Shown in pieces: positions 1 to 11,791 of a stretch of DNA of 64,000 nucleotides. Each line of letters opens with the position of its first letter. Position 1 is the first letter of the stretch. Location: contig OX597821.1 in NCBI GenBank assembly GCA_951406725.2, positions 113,584,001 through 113,648,000 on the forward strand. Reading direction: 5' to 3'. The notes below the pieces were generated by a model, which made no database searches, was not told the DNA's origin, and saw only the letters and a program-made list of their open reading frames with translations. Origin of the DNA: Octopus vulgaris. Its lineage: Eukaryota. The position numbers and the translations under genes are program-made.

Positions 1-144
1 TTATCTTTGTCTTGTTTCAATCATTAGACTGTGGCCATGCTGAGGCACCGCCTTGAAGAATTTTGTTGAAAGAATTGACCCCAGTACTTTTCAAGCCTTG
101 TGCTCTCTTTTATGTTATTTTACTTTCTTTTGTTTTCTTTTCAG

Positions 145-268
145 CAATGGGCAACGTTCCATCGAGCCTGGTGGATATACGATGCTTCTCACCAATGTCC
201 ATTCAAATCTGCACACATGCTAGCCTATGTTTTACAAGGTAGACACAAACCGATATATCATCCCTTAA
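145..268 (+). CDS. MRPL13: Mitochondrial ribosomal protein uL13m, first exon visible in window (probably coding exon 2)
   Basis: Polypyrimidine tract + CAG acceptor (ends 144), GTAAGT donor at 269. Translates QWATFHRAWWIYDASHQCPFKSAHMLAYVLQGRHKPIYHPL, matching the animal uL13m N-terminus (QWATF..W...D....P...A......LQG.HKP.YH.L). 124 nt, ends in phase 1. Confidence 0.96.
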
Positions 269-419
269 GTAAGTACTTGAAATGAAATTTATATATGTAA
301 AAACACACACATGCACACGTATGTATATGTGTGTATATATATGCTCGAATGAATTTTAGTTGTCATAAATCAATAATAATTCATTCGAAATTATGGATTT
401 CTTTAATCATACTTGCTGT

Positions 420-2565
420 AATTGAGAAGACCCAGCAAGTTGTAGCCTACACCAGTGTCACATAACCAGCCCATTTAAAAAGTACCTTTGAATTGTCGGG
501 TGACATGCCATGCTTGAGGGGACCTTTTGAGTCAAGAACAATCAAATCAAATGGAAATTGTAGATGTGGGTGATGCCTGTGCCGCCTGACTGGCTTCCAT
601 ACTGGTGGCATGCAATAAGCACCATTCATGCATGGGTTGTTGCCAGTGTCACCTGACTGGCTCCCCATGCTGCTGGTACATAAAAAGCACCATTCGAATG
701 TGGTTGATGCCAGCACCCTCGCCTTGACTGGCTCCTGTACCGGTAGCACGTAAAAAGCACCATCTGAATGTGGCTAGTTGACTGGCTCCCATCCCGGTGG
801 CATGTAAAAGGCACCCACTACACTCTCAGAGTGGTTGGCGTTAGAAAGGGCATCCAGCTGTAGAAACATCGCCAGATCAGACTGGAGCCTAGTGCGGCCA
901 CCTGGCTTGCCAGTCCCCAGTGAAATCGTCCAACCCATGCCAGCATGGAAAGCAGATGTTAAATGAAGATGATGATGATTCTCATCATATTCCATCCCCA
1001 CATGGGCTGGATGTAATTTACTGAAGCCCTTCCTGTTGCCTACCTTCACCTCTTTCCATTTATGGTAATCTTTCCCTTTGACCCAACATGTCTTCACAGA
1101 AGATTGAAAATGAACAACACCGCTTATATGATGGTGAGGCTCATTTACAACTACCATACAATATCAAGATGAGAAGACACTAATACATACCTGTGCACCT
1201 ACATACACCACACCACCACCACCACATCATCATCATTTATTGTCCACTTTTCAAGGCTTTTGTGTGAGGTCAGTTTTGCCTTTCATTCTTTTGGGGTTGA
1301 TAAAAATAAATACCAGTTGAACTCTGGGGCTGATGTAATTGACCTACCCTCCCTCTCCTCAAATTGCTGGCATTGTGCCAAAATCTGAAACCAATATTTT
1401 CCCATGGCCAGGCATGCTTCCACAGAAAATTGGGAACAGACACTGTTTGTGTGATGACACTTGTTTACAGTTATCATGTGAAATAAAAACAAGGAGACTG
1501 TAACACACAAGCCTTCTTTCAGGCAAGTGAAATCAAAATCAAATTCGATGACTGGCGCACAGTGTTGCACAGTGAGACTGAACCCAAAACCATGTGACTG
1601 AGAAGCAAGTTTCTTACTTATGGAGTGCTAGCGAGGTGCAAAGAGCACCATACAAGTGTGATCATTGACAGAGCAGCTAACTGGCTTCTGTGCCAGTGGC
1701 ACTTAAAAAGCACCATTTGAGTGTGATCGTTACCAGCGTTGCATCACTGGCACTCGAGCCCCGTGCTAGTAGGATATTAAGAGCGCCATCCGAGTGTGAT
1801 CGTTGCCAGAGCGGCTATCCGGCTTCTGTACCCGTGGCATGTAAAAGGGTACCATTCAAGCGTGATCATTACCAACGTCGCTTCACTGGCACCTGTGCTG
1901 GTGGCACGTGTAAAAAGATTTGAGCGAGGTCATTGCCAGTACCGCCTGACTGGCGCCCGTACCGGTGGCACGTAAAAAGCACCCCCACTCTCGGAGTGGT
2001 TGGCGTTAGGAAGGGCATCCAGCTGTAGAAACTCTGCCAGATCAAGATTGGAGCCTGGTGCAGCCATCTGGTTCGCCGGACCTCAGTCAAAATCGTCCAA
2101 CCCATGCTAGCATGGAAAGCGGAAGTTAAATGATGATGATGATGATGATGATATATGCAAAAAAAAAAAAATATATATATGCTGTGCTTGAGGAGACCTA
2201 TTGAGTCAAGTACATCAAAATCAAAATCAAATGGAAATTGTAGTTGTGATACCCGTGCCAGTGGCACGTAAAAAGCAGCATCCGAACGTGGCCGATGCCA
2301 GCGCCACCTTGGCTGGCTTCCGTATCGGTGGCACGTCAAAAGCACCAACCAATCATGGCCGTTGCCAGCTTCCTCTGGCCCCTGTGCTGGTGGCACATAA
2401 AAAGCACCCACTACACTCATGGAATGGTTGGCGTTAGGAAGGACATCCAGCTGTAGAAACTCTGCCAGATCAAGATTGGAGCCTGGTGCAGCCTCCTGGC
2501 TTCCCAGACCCTGGTTGAACTGTCCAACCCATGCTAGCATGGAAAACGAACGTTAAACGATGATG

Positions 2566-2567
<2 letters not shown>
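420..2567 (+). mobile_element. Cluster of RTE-LINE 3'UTR / RTE-tailed SINE copies (~420-980, 1620-2150, 2175-2567)
   Basis: Repeated module gtggcacgtaaaaagcacccactacactctcggagtggttggcgttaggaagggcatccagctgtagaaac...cccatgctagcatggaaagcggacgttaaa(tga)n. The same sequence directly follows RTE ORF ends at 31990 and 41170. Confidence 0.85.
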
Positions 2568-2605
<38 letters not shown>

Positions 2606-2653
2606 ATATCTCTTAAATTTGTGGCCTTGTGTTCATGCTAGATATTACTCTTA

Positions 2654-3344
2654 TGGTTTATTCCATGTCAGTCACAGATTTTTTAATTAATTTTTTTTAA
2701 CCAAACAGTTTGAAACTTCGAATAGTGGTAGAATTTGAATGTTTTGGTCAAAATTTCTTATTTTTTGAAGTTATTTTATGTTAAAGTTGTCGTATCTGGG
2801 TAATTTCAACCAATCAACAACATGTATTTGGTTGAAGAAAGCTACTGCTGTTTGCGATGGTAATCAAAGAAGAACAACTTCCGGGTCATCTCTACTAAAT
2901 GTCATCAGTCTGTTCTATCGCAAACAGCAGTAGCTTTCTTCAACCGAAAACACGTCGTTGATTGGTTGAAATTACCCAAATATAACAACTTTAACACGAA
3001 ATAACTTAAAAAAATAAGAAATTTTGTCCCAAAACATTCAGAGTAAACTGTGTTCTATGTGAGAAATTCTACCAGTATTCAAGTTTCAAACTGTTTATCA
3101 TCATCATCATCATTTTAACGTCCGCTTTCCATGCTAGCATGGGTTGGACGATTTGACTGAGGTCTGGCGAACCAGGCTCCAATCTGATCTGGCAGAGTTT
3201 CTACAGCTGGATGCCCTTCCTAACACCAACCAGCTGTAGAAACTCTACCAGATCAGATTGGAGCCTGGTTCGCCAGACCTCAGTCAAATGTTTAGTTATT
3301 AAAAAACTAATTTAAAAATCTGTGATTGACATGGAATAGATCCA
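2654..3344. mobile_element. Foldback MITE with long TIRs, interrupted by a retroposon tail at ~3098-3289
   Basis: 2654-2857 is the approximate reverse complement of 2917-3097 plus 3289-3344 (e.g. gaagaaagctactgctgtttgcgat / atcgcaaacagcagtagctttcttc; ttccatgtcagtcacagat / atctgtgattgacatggaa). Confidence 0.8.
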
Positions 3345-3398
3345 ATTATTTTGGTGGTTATTATAGAAGTTTATGTTTGTTTTTTGTCTGTTTTCCAG

Positions 3399-3492
3399 GC
3401 GACGTTGGTGACCATGTTGTTGTGATTAATACAAAACATATAAGCATGAAAAACGAATTATGGAGAACTTGGAAATACCATCATCACACAAG
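3399..3492 (+). CDS. MRPL13: MRPL13 internal exon
   Basis: ttttccAG acceptor, GTGAGT donor at 3493. Continues phase: (S)DVGDHVVVINTKHISMKNELWRTWKYHHHT; D.GDHVV..N is the uL13 signature. 94 nt. Confidence 0.96.
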
Positions 3493-4146
3493 GTGAGTGC
3501 TACGTTTAGCATTATTTTGCAAGTTTTCCATGGAGTTTGGTCTCCAGAATAAAATAGCTGTGGATCTTTTTCTGTTGCAACAATCAAATGGCGCAAAGGG
3601 ATTTTTTTATTTTTAGAATGCTTGGTGAGATTAGAACTGAGAATGATGGTTTTCGTAGGTTGTATGGCTAAGAACTGAAATAAATGGTTGTGTGGTTAAG
3701 AAGTTTGCTTTGCAACCATGTCATTTCGGGTTCAGTTCCACTGGACAGTACCTTGGGCAAATGTTGTCTACTAAAGCCTCCAGGCTAACCATAGTCTTGT
3801 GAGCGAATTTGGAAGGTGGAAACTTGGTGGAAGCCCATTTGGCAGTAACATATGACAAATGAATGCCTTTATGGAAACCTGCTGAAAGTTAGTGAGAAGA
3901 TCAGGCTGTGACTATCTGGTCACTGCGTGCCCCACCCTGTACAGGAAACATCCAAATTACTCTTGTGGGACCCATTTTATGGTGACATAAGAAGAGGAAA
4001 GCGTTGTCATATTTACATTGATAACTTGGTTGCAGACTCTGGCCTGGAATGTATCCAGGGACCTTAAGGCAGTGATGATGGACCGAAAAGTGTGGTGAGC
4101 AGACTTTGTTGTTGTAGCCTGAGCTGGAACCCGGCCATAATAGATA

Positions 4147-4186
<40 letters not shown>

Positions 4187-5381
4187 TCATCATCATTGTT
4201 GTTTAACGCCTGCTTTCCATGCTGGCATGGGTTGGACGGTTTGACTGAGGACTGGTGACCCCAGAGGCTGCACCAGGTTCAATCTGATCTGACAAAGTTT
4301 TTACAGCTGGCTGCTCTTCCTAACACCATATATATGTGTGTGTATATATTTTGAGCGTTGGGCCTCATTGAGGCAAAGTGACTGAGTTCTTTTTGAGTGT
4401 TGGGCCTCACGGAGGCAATGACCAAGACCTTTGGTATTATGTCATGCTTAAGAAGACCCATCAAGCCAAGCAAAATCGCAGTCATGGCAGATACTGGTGT
4501 CATGCACGTAAAAGCACCCATTACACTCTTGGAGTGCTTGGCATTAAGAAGAGTATCCAACTGTAGAAAACCATGTCAAATCAGACGAATCTGGTGCAGT
4601 CTTCCAGCTTACTTGCTTCAGTGAAACCGTCCAACCCATGCCAGCATGGACAACAGATATTAAATGATGATGATATCAGTCAACTATGGTACTACTGAAT
4701 AATATTCTTAAGGCCGCAGTTTACTCACACACAGCACCTTTCAGAGCTTGTCACTAATTTAGTTCTTAATGAACTTGAAAACAGTTAACATTTTTGAAGG
4801 GGGCTGGTCCCTAGCTACACTTTTGGCATAAAACTAATTAAGATTTGACCCAGTAGGAAAAAGTTTACATCAAAATTTGTAGCAGCATTATAGGAAAGTA
4901 AGTAACGCCTCCAATCAAGTTTAGATCTAAATAACTTTTTTATTTTAAAAGCAAAATACATCTATCTTACCTTCAATGATAGACGAAAGCATGAAGAATT
5001 TTATAGTTTTGGATGCCATGCAACAAAAATTTGTATCAAAAAAGTTGTAATATAATGAAAAAAATATAAGGCAAAAAATAGGATTTAAGTATAATTAACT
5101 GTTTTATTTTAAAAACAAATATTTTAATTAAGCTTAATTCGAGGAATTTCATGGTATCAAACTCATGCAATGAAGTTTTAAAAGAAAAAAGTTATGAGTG
5201 TTTGTTTCTCAAATTTAAGGGTGATAATATAGTTCTATACTTTTTTTTATGAATATAGTTCCATAAGGGGAGTTTTAATATCTCTCATTGAGGTTAGGAA
5301 AAAATTATAAATGACACCGCTGATTGACACATTTGACGCATTATTAATTAGCATAATAGCATAGCCTGGGATAAACGTGGG

Positions 5382-5496
5382 TTACATGGAAAAATGCGAA
5401 CAAGAGAAATAATATTCTTAAGATTATAAATCCTGTAATTTTCTAGGTTTATAATCTTAAGAATATTATTTCTCTTGCTTGCATTTTTCCGTGCAA
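5382..5496. repeat. Long inverted repeat / hairpin
   Basis: 5401-5430 is the exact reverse complement of 5448-5477; pairing extends imperfectly outward to ~5382/5496. Confidence 0.85.
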
Positions 5497-5519
5497 TATA
5501 TATGTATGTATGTATTTTT

Positions 5520-5860
5520 TATTTAGTTTCAGTCATTTGAATGTGGTCATGCTGGGGCAACACCTTGAAGATATTTTTACCAAATGAGTCAACTCCAGTA
5601 TTTATTTTTTTTTAAAGCCTGGTATTCTACCAGTGTTATTTGTTGAACCACTAAGTTACAGGGATGTAAACACATCAACATCAGTTGTCAAGTGGTAGTG
5701 GGGTCAAATACACACCCACACAAGTATGTACAATGGGCTTCTTTCAGTTTCCATCTACCAAATCCACTCACAAGGCTTTGGTCGGCCTGAGGTTATAGTA
5801 GAAGACACTTGCCCTAGGTACCAAGCAGTAGGACTGAACCCGGAACCATGTGGTTGGGTA
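5520..5860 (-). mobile_element. tRNA/CORE-type SINE, partial
   Basis: Reverse complement of the family best seen at 55014-55370. Confidence 0.75.
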
Positions 5861-5954
5861 TATTGTCACATTGAAAATATCTTAGTTAACATTTTGTTTT
5901 TGTAAATTTTGAGAATAAATTTTCAACTCATTGATCTAAAAGACTTCAACTACT

Positions 5955-6545
5955 TCATCATCATCGTTTTAACGTCCGTTGTCCATGCCAGCATGGGTTG
6001 GACGGTTTGACCAGAGTTGGTAAGCTGGGGAGCTGCACCAGACTCCAGTCTGATTTAGCACACAGACGGTTCTCTGTGGCACTACACAGGCACTTTTATA
6101 TGGCATCACCACGAGTGCTTTACACCAGCAAAAGGACCAGTCTTAATACTTCTGCTGTGGGGTATGGGGTCTTCTTCACTACAACAAGGCACCAGGAATC
6201 TCGGTTTTTTTGTCATCTCACCTGAAAGGTTCTGCGTCCTGACGTCATTCTGCATCACTTCATCCCATGCTTTCGTGGGTCTTCCACTTCCACATGTTCC
6301 ATCATCAAGAGATTGGCTCTTCTTTATGGAGCTGTCAGCATCCATCCGCATCACCTGTCCCAACCAGCGCAGTCTTCACTCCTGCGCACAGCAACCTATT
6401 CCTCTTATGCCTAACTTCTCACTCAGTATGCTAACACTCTGTCGAACATTTATACTTACACTACACGTCCAGTAGACCATACTAGCCTCGTTCCTTTCCA
6501 ACCTTCGCATGTGTCCTGCATTCAGGGCCCATGTCTCGTCACCTT
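5955..6545 (-). mobile_element. RTE-clade LINE 3' fragment with tail
   Basis: Minus-strand translation ETWAL...RRLERNEASM..W.C.V...R.S...L.EKLGIR...GQVMRMD......G..G.GRP.K.W is the C-terminus of an RTE ORF, broken by frameshifts. Confidence 0.8.
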
Positions 6546-6949
6546 GTGGAATTGCTGTCTTCCTCATTGGTTTGGCAATTCCATAGTTACCGGTAGAGGT
6601 AGACTGTGTTCTTGGAAGTGAAGTACAGGAACATGATGTACTGCCGGTTACTAATGGTAAAGAAAAAAATGAGCTATTAGCTGATATCTTAATGCAGCAG
6701 TTTTCAAACGTTTTGAAGAATTTTCCGGTTTGATAACACCTGATCTGATTTTGTTTTTGAAAAATTGTTGTGGTTTAGCATAGTTTTAATTTTTGGTAAT
6801 AATTTTTCTGAGAAATTAATTACAATAAAGTTACGTACCTTTAAATATTGACTTAGTGACGCACCGTCGATCAAACAAAATGTTACCGGTGTATTTCACG
6901 TGGAAATTTAATATAAAATAAACTTTTTTAAAATTTCGAAGCGAAAATG

Positions 6950-7190
6950 GGTACTACTTGAGAACCGTGGTCCCGGTGCGCGCACTCGCGTAGTCGCGCA
7001 TCCGCGCTAGCTAGTCGTGACTAGTCGATCCTACAACGACTACCTAGCAAAGTAAATAAAGCACAAAAAACAAAAGTAAATAATTTTTTAAACAGAGTAG
7101 ATAACACACAAAATAAGGATCGACTAGTCACGACTAGCTAGCGCGAGCACGCGAGTGCGCGCACCGCGGTCACTGTTCTCAAGTAGTACC
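6950..7190. mobile_element. GC-rich MITE with ~80-bp TIRs and 9-bp TSD (Merlin- or MULE-like)
   Basis: Starts GGTACTACTTGAGAAC, ends GTTCTCAAGTAGTACC. Flanks gcgaaaatg (6941-6949) and gagaaaatg (7191-7199) match at 8/9 positions. Confidence 0.85.
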
Positions 7191-8164
7191 GAGAAAATGA
7201 ACTGTTGTGTATTTTGTTTTATTAAACGTATTTTTTTGAGAAACCTTAAATTATATTATTCAGTTTGATGTTGGTGAAATGTTTTCTTAAAAAAGGCAAG
7301 ATACTTAAAAGATTTATAATTTTATTTGTTCATTTAGAACTCTTCTAATACGGAATTAAAGAAAACTTTTCTTTTTACGACTGTCACAGAAAGTGAAAAA
7401 TATTGACATTATGGTCCAAGGGAGATTACTCCACTCTCCTCGCTCTGTAATTATCTCCCTTATATCGTTGTCAAACATATATACGTCAGTCTTACATTTC
7501 TCCGTTGACTTTCTTCCTTATCAACGCAACAACTTCAATTTCATTGTGCTTTTATCTTGTTACATCGCTGAAAGGAATTGTTTACATTGTAGGAAATAAT
7601 GCAATCAGGAAAAAAAATCAAAAGAATAACAACGGGGCATGGCTCTGCGGTTAAGAAACTCGATTTCCAACCACGGTGTTACAGGTTCAGTCCCTGGGCC
7701 GACCAATGTCTTGTTAGTGAATGTAGTAGAAGGAAACTGTGTGGAAGCCTTTCGCATATATATCTGTGCGTGCCTTTGTGATTGTGTTTTTCCCACTTCT
7801 TCTGCCAACTGCTTGATAACCGATGCTGGTTTGTTTACGTTCTTGCGAAAGAAATTGATAAAAAAGAAAAATGCTCTGAGGTCGATCTGACAGAAGTAGA
7901 CTGGAGCAAAGGGAAATGATGTTCTTTGTTGTTCGGGAACCCAACGTGCAGCTGGTCTGGGAATTGAAACCGCGATTACGAGTGCAACACACTTAACCAA
8001 AGGGCCTTGAACTAGAAAACTGGCAAGATTTACTTTCTTTAAACCATACCAAAGTAGACAAATGGAACTGGGCAGCGCTCCAGCTGGCCAGCTTCTGTCA
8101 CATCATCTAACCCATGCCGGTATTGAGAATGGATGTTATAACATTGATTATAACATTGAGTACA

Positions 8165-8892
8165 AAATCCTGCCTTTCTTCAGTTCTATATTTAAGAGAT
8201 GAAGAATTATGTACATTATTTACATCTTTTACATTTGACGGATACTTGTCCTCATCTTGTTTGTTCTTAACAAAACGTTTTGGCTGATATACCCTCCAGC
8301 CTTCATCAGGTGCGTTGGGTAAATTTCGAACCTGGGATCTCATTCCTAAGGTATTTTTCAATGTTATTATTATTATTATTATTATTATTCAGGTGTCCGT
8401 GGGCATATGGTGGCAAGGGTTGGATGACTTGTCAGGAGTTGGCAAAGCCAGAAGCTGCACTAGCTTCCATTGTCTGTTTGGGAATGGTTTCTACAGCTGG
8501 GTGCCCTTCCTGATGCCACTCACTTTACAGACTACATTACTTACATTTGACAGATATTTGTCCTCATCTTGTTTGTTGTTAACACAATGTTTTGGCTGAT
8601 ATACCCTCCAGCCTTCATCAGGTGTCTTGGAGAAATTTTGAACCTGGGTTCTCATTCCCAAGGTATTTTTTGATGTTGTTGTTATTATTATATACGCCAT
8701 GGGCATATGGCATAGTGGTTAAGAGCGTGGGCTACTAACCCCAAAATCCCGAGTTCGATTCCAAGCAGTGAACTGAATAATAATAATAATAATAATAATA
8801 ATGATAATATCGAAAAATACCTTAGGAATGAGAACCCAGGTTTGAAATTTCCCCAAGACACCTGATGAAGGCTGGAGGGTATATCAGCCAAC
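8165..8892. mobile_element. Three copies of a Penelope-associated repeat with hammerhead motif (8165-8390 -, 8535-8690 -, 8700-8892 + with tRNA-like head)
   Basis: Shared aaaataccttaggaatgagaacccaggttcgaaatttccccaagacacCTGATGAaggctggagggtatatcagcc(g)aaacgttgtgtt. The + copy begins with A-box TGGCATAGTGG and B-box GAGTTCGATTCC. Confidence 0.75.
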
Positions 8893-8991
8893 AAAACCCT
8901 TGCTTGTTGCAGAAATCTTTGGCTCAGTATTGCCTTTTGGTTTTATTAGGTTTTGAACTCCTTTGTTCTTCTCTTTAACTGTTTCATTCAT

Positions 8992-9385
8992 GGAGGCGCA
9001 ATGGCCCAGTGGTTAGGGCAGCGGACTCATGGTCATTGGATCGCGGTTTCGATTCCCAGACCGGGCATTGTGAGTGTTTATTGAGCGAAAACACCTAAAG
9101 CACCACGAGGCTCCGGCAGGGCATGGTGGCGATCCCTGCTGTACTCTTTCACCACAACTTTCTCTCACTCTTACTTCCTGTTTCTGTTGTACCTGTATTT
9201 CAAGGGGCCAGCCTTGTCACTCTCTGTGTCATGCTGAATATCCCCGAGAACTACGTTAAGGGTACACGTGTCTGTGGAGTGCTCAGCCACTTACACGTTA
9301 ATTTCATGAGCAGGCTGTTCCGTTGATGTGATTGGATCAACCGGAACCCTCGTCATCGTAACCGATGGAGTGCTTCCAACATGTC
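8992..9385 (+). mobile_element. Apparently full-length tRNA-derived SINE
   Basis: A-box TGGCCCAGTGG and B-box GGTTTCGATTCCC, then a ~310-nt body ending in a short ccaacat duplication. No complete cloverleaf. Confidence 0.75.
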
Positions 9386-9711
9386 CAACATCTTCCAGTA
9401 ATGTTCTCACAAAACATGGAGACATATCTACAGAAGTTGCAATCTCTGTAACACTTGTATGTTGGATTTTTTGTAACTTCCCTCTTAACTGTCCTCTTTG
9501 CCCTCACAGAAGCATTCTGTGGCCTTCCAAACCTCTTCTTCTCTCAGCAATGCCATTCATCAATCCCTCTTTTGACTATGTTCTTCATGCTTTGATGACA
9601 AATACCAGAAACTGAGATTTTTCTCAATTAGGCTTTCTGCATTAATTTACTGTATGTAAATTCAGTGACATTGTCTTTTGCTAATGGCTTTCATCATCGT
9701 ACTTTATCAAA

Positions 9712-9930
9712 TTAACCCTTTAGCATTTAAACCGACCACATCCAGACAAAATATTCTACAAGTTTTATGTTCAAATTGGCCTGATCTGACTTTTCACACC
9801 TACACTGCAATATCATTCTAAAAATACACAATCATATCATCGAAATCTCAAAGCTGTGAGATAAAATTTCTGATTAATTTGACTCAATGTGAATAATTAA
9901 GATTTACATTTAACGAACTAATCTGAATAC
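9712..9930 (+). mobile_element. piggyBac-like MITE (3' end decayed)
   Basis: Begins TTAACCCTTTAGCATT; same family as the complete copy at 52123-52349. Confidence 0.7.
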
Positions 9931-10544
9931 TGGCTCTGAGCTGTGAAAACTAATAAGGAGAGTACAGGAGGCGGTCGAAAAAACCAGGTTCTATATATGG
10001 CTGAAGCGGGAAGACCAAAAATGGCTTGAAAGTCATAACATGCCGGCGGGAAATAACATCATTAGGTGAGACAAGCTGACACTGAATCAGCTTCACTGAC
10101 TGACAGGTGACGGTTGATTAGAGAATGCACGGGCTTAGACTACGCGCCTTCACTGGTCAGTTAAGGTGAGACAGTGTCACGTGACAACTTGCTGGGGCTG
10201 CCTGCTGGAGCCTAGCGGCAGGTATTTAAAGGGAGAAATTTGACAAGTCAGTCAGTCACCGGCTGACACTCACTGATGCTACATCGAAGAGGCCAGGGAA
10301 CAGAAGAAAGAAGACATGCGCCCAACACCAGAGCTGAAGACACCTCCGAAAAGGGGGCCACGCCACGTCAAAATGGTTGAGGAGTAGGGGCCGAAACCGG
10401 ACGTGGTTCCTCTTGATGATGTTTTGAGCTAACTGGATCCTATAAAGGAGCTCTTGTGGTAGCAGACCACGAAATACGGTTGTAATTCCTCAGGGTTAGA
10501 GTTACAATTAATCCAAAATTACAATTAAATTCATATCATTATGA

Positions 10545-11262
10545 TCATGTGGTTGAGCTTACTTGGATATTTTTAATCCATGGATACCATCCATCTCAGT
10601 CCTGCATTATTAATTGAGGGAGGTCTTTGTAGGGGAGAGCATCTAGTGTCTCTGATGAGTTGGTCTACAGGCATTGTGTTCAGACGACCTGCTCAACCAT
10701 GGCCATGCTTTGGCTGGCATCCATTGCCAGCTCTTGTTTCCCTGACCAGCAATATCCCACAAAGCGCCTTTCCCTTATAATGGTGGAAACAGGCAGGAGA
10801 TCTCCATTCAGCTGCTTTCTTGGTGGGAGGAGTTCTCCAAGACATGTTTAAGACTGTTCTGTCACAAAATTCAAACTCCTACCTGACTACTTCATAGTTT
10901 AGAATTAGCTGCAAATGATTTTGGATGACTTGTTAATCCCAGTAAAACCAAATTCATTTCTCACAATCAAAAAGAATCAATCACCAACATCAGCAGAGAC
11001 CCCCCATCAATCAAGTTGATGATTTCACGTACATCAGTTCTGAAATAGCCTCAGCTGAAAAGGATTTAAAAACTCAGATAGCCCCAGCATGGTCGGCCCT
11101 AAAGAAACTGGATGTTGTCTGGAAATCAACCCTATCGGGCAATCTAGAGAAGATTTCTTTCCACGCAACAGTAGAGTCAGTCCTTTTATATGGAGAAAAA
11201 AACCTGGATGCTTATCAAAAAATTGGAATCCTAGCAAAATGGAGCTTACACCCGACTGTTAA
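10545..11262. mobile_element. RTE-type LINE remnant with inverted 5' segment
   Basis: + strand 10860-11261 encodes LLHSLELAANDFG.LVNPSKTK...QVDDFTY...AWSALKKLD.VWKS...ATVESVLLYG...GAYTRLL. - strand 10860-10545 encodes the continuation RTVLNMSW...LPVSTIIRERRFVG.CW. Confidence 0.7.
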
Positions 11263-11504
11263 TATCTGTCCCTGCGAAGAAGAGAAAACGTGTCTAGTTT
11301 AAAACAGGAACCTTGGTGGGTGGCTTAAAACTTCTTGCAAGTCACTGTAAATGAGAACACACCCACATTCACACGGGTTGCAACGTTGATGTTTATTTAT
11401 TGTTTGGTGACAGATTCAATTGGACGGTTATTGCTTTATCACAGAAACTGTATTTGTGTATTTTGTAAATTAATAGTTTAAAGCCACAAGAGTTTTAAAC
11501 CTGA

Positions 11505-11650
11505 TATCTATATATCTGTCTGCCTGTCTGTCTATCTGTCTATCTATCTATTTATCTAGCTATCTATCTATTTTCCTGTCTGTCTATCTATCTATCTATC
11601 TATCTATCTGTCTGTCTGTCTATCTGTCTGTATCTGTCTGTCTGTCTGTA

Positions 11651-11685
<35 letters not shown>

Positions 11686-11760
11686 GTCTGTATCTGTCTG
11701 TCTGTCTGTATCTGTCTGTCTGTCTGTCTGTCTGTCTGTATCTATCTGTCTGTCTATCTT

Positions 11761-11791
<31 letters not shown>

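Noticed and set aside
447-2540. ORFs with LQLDALPNANHSESVVGAFY-like peptides recurring through the window
   Set aside because: Antisense translations of the RTE/SINE tail, not a protein family.
8700-8770. tRNA gene
   Set aside because: A/B boxes are present but there is no proper acceptor stem or oligo-T terminator, and it continues into a repeat body; treated as a SINE-type head. Same for 8992-9065.
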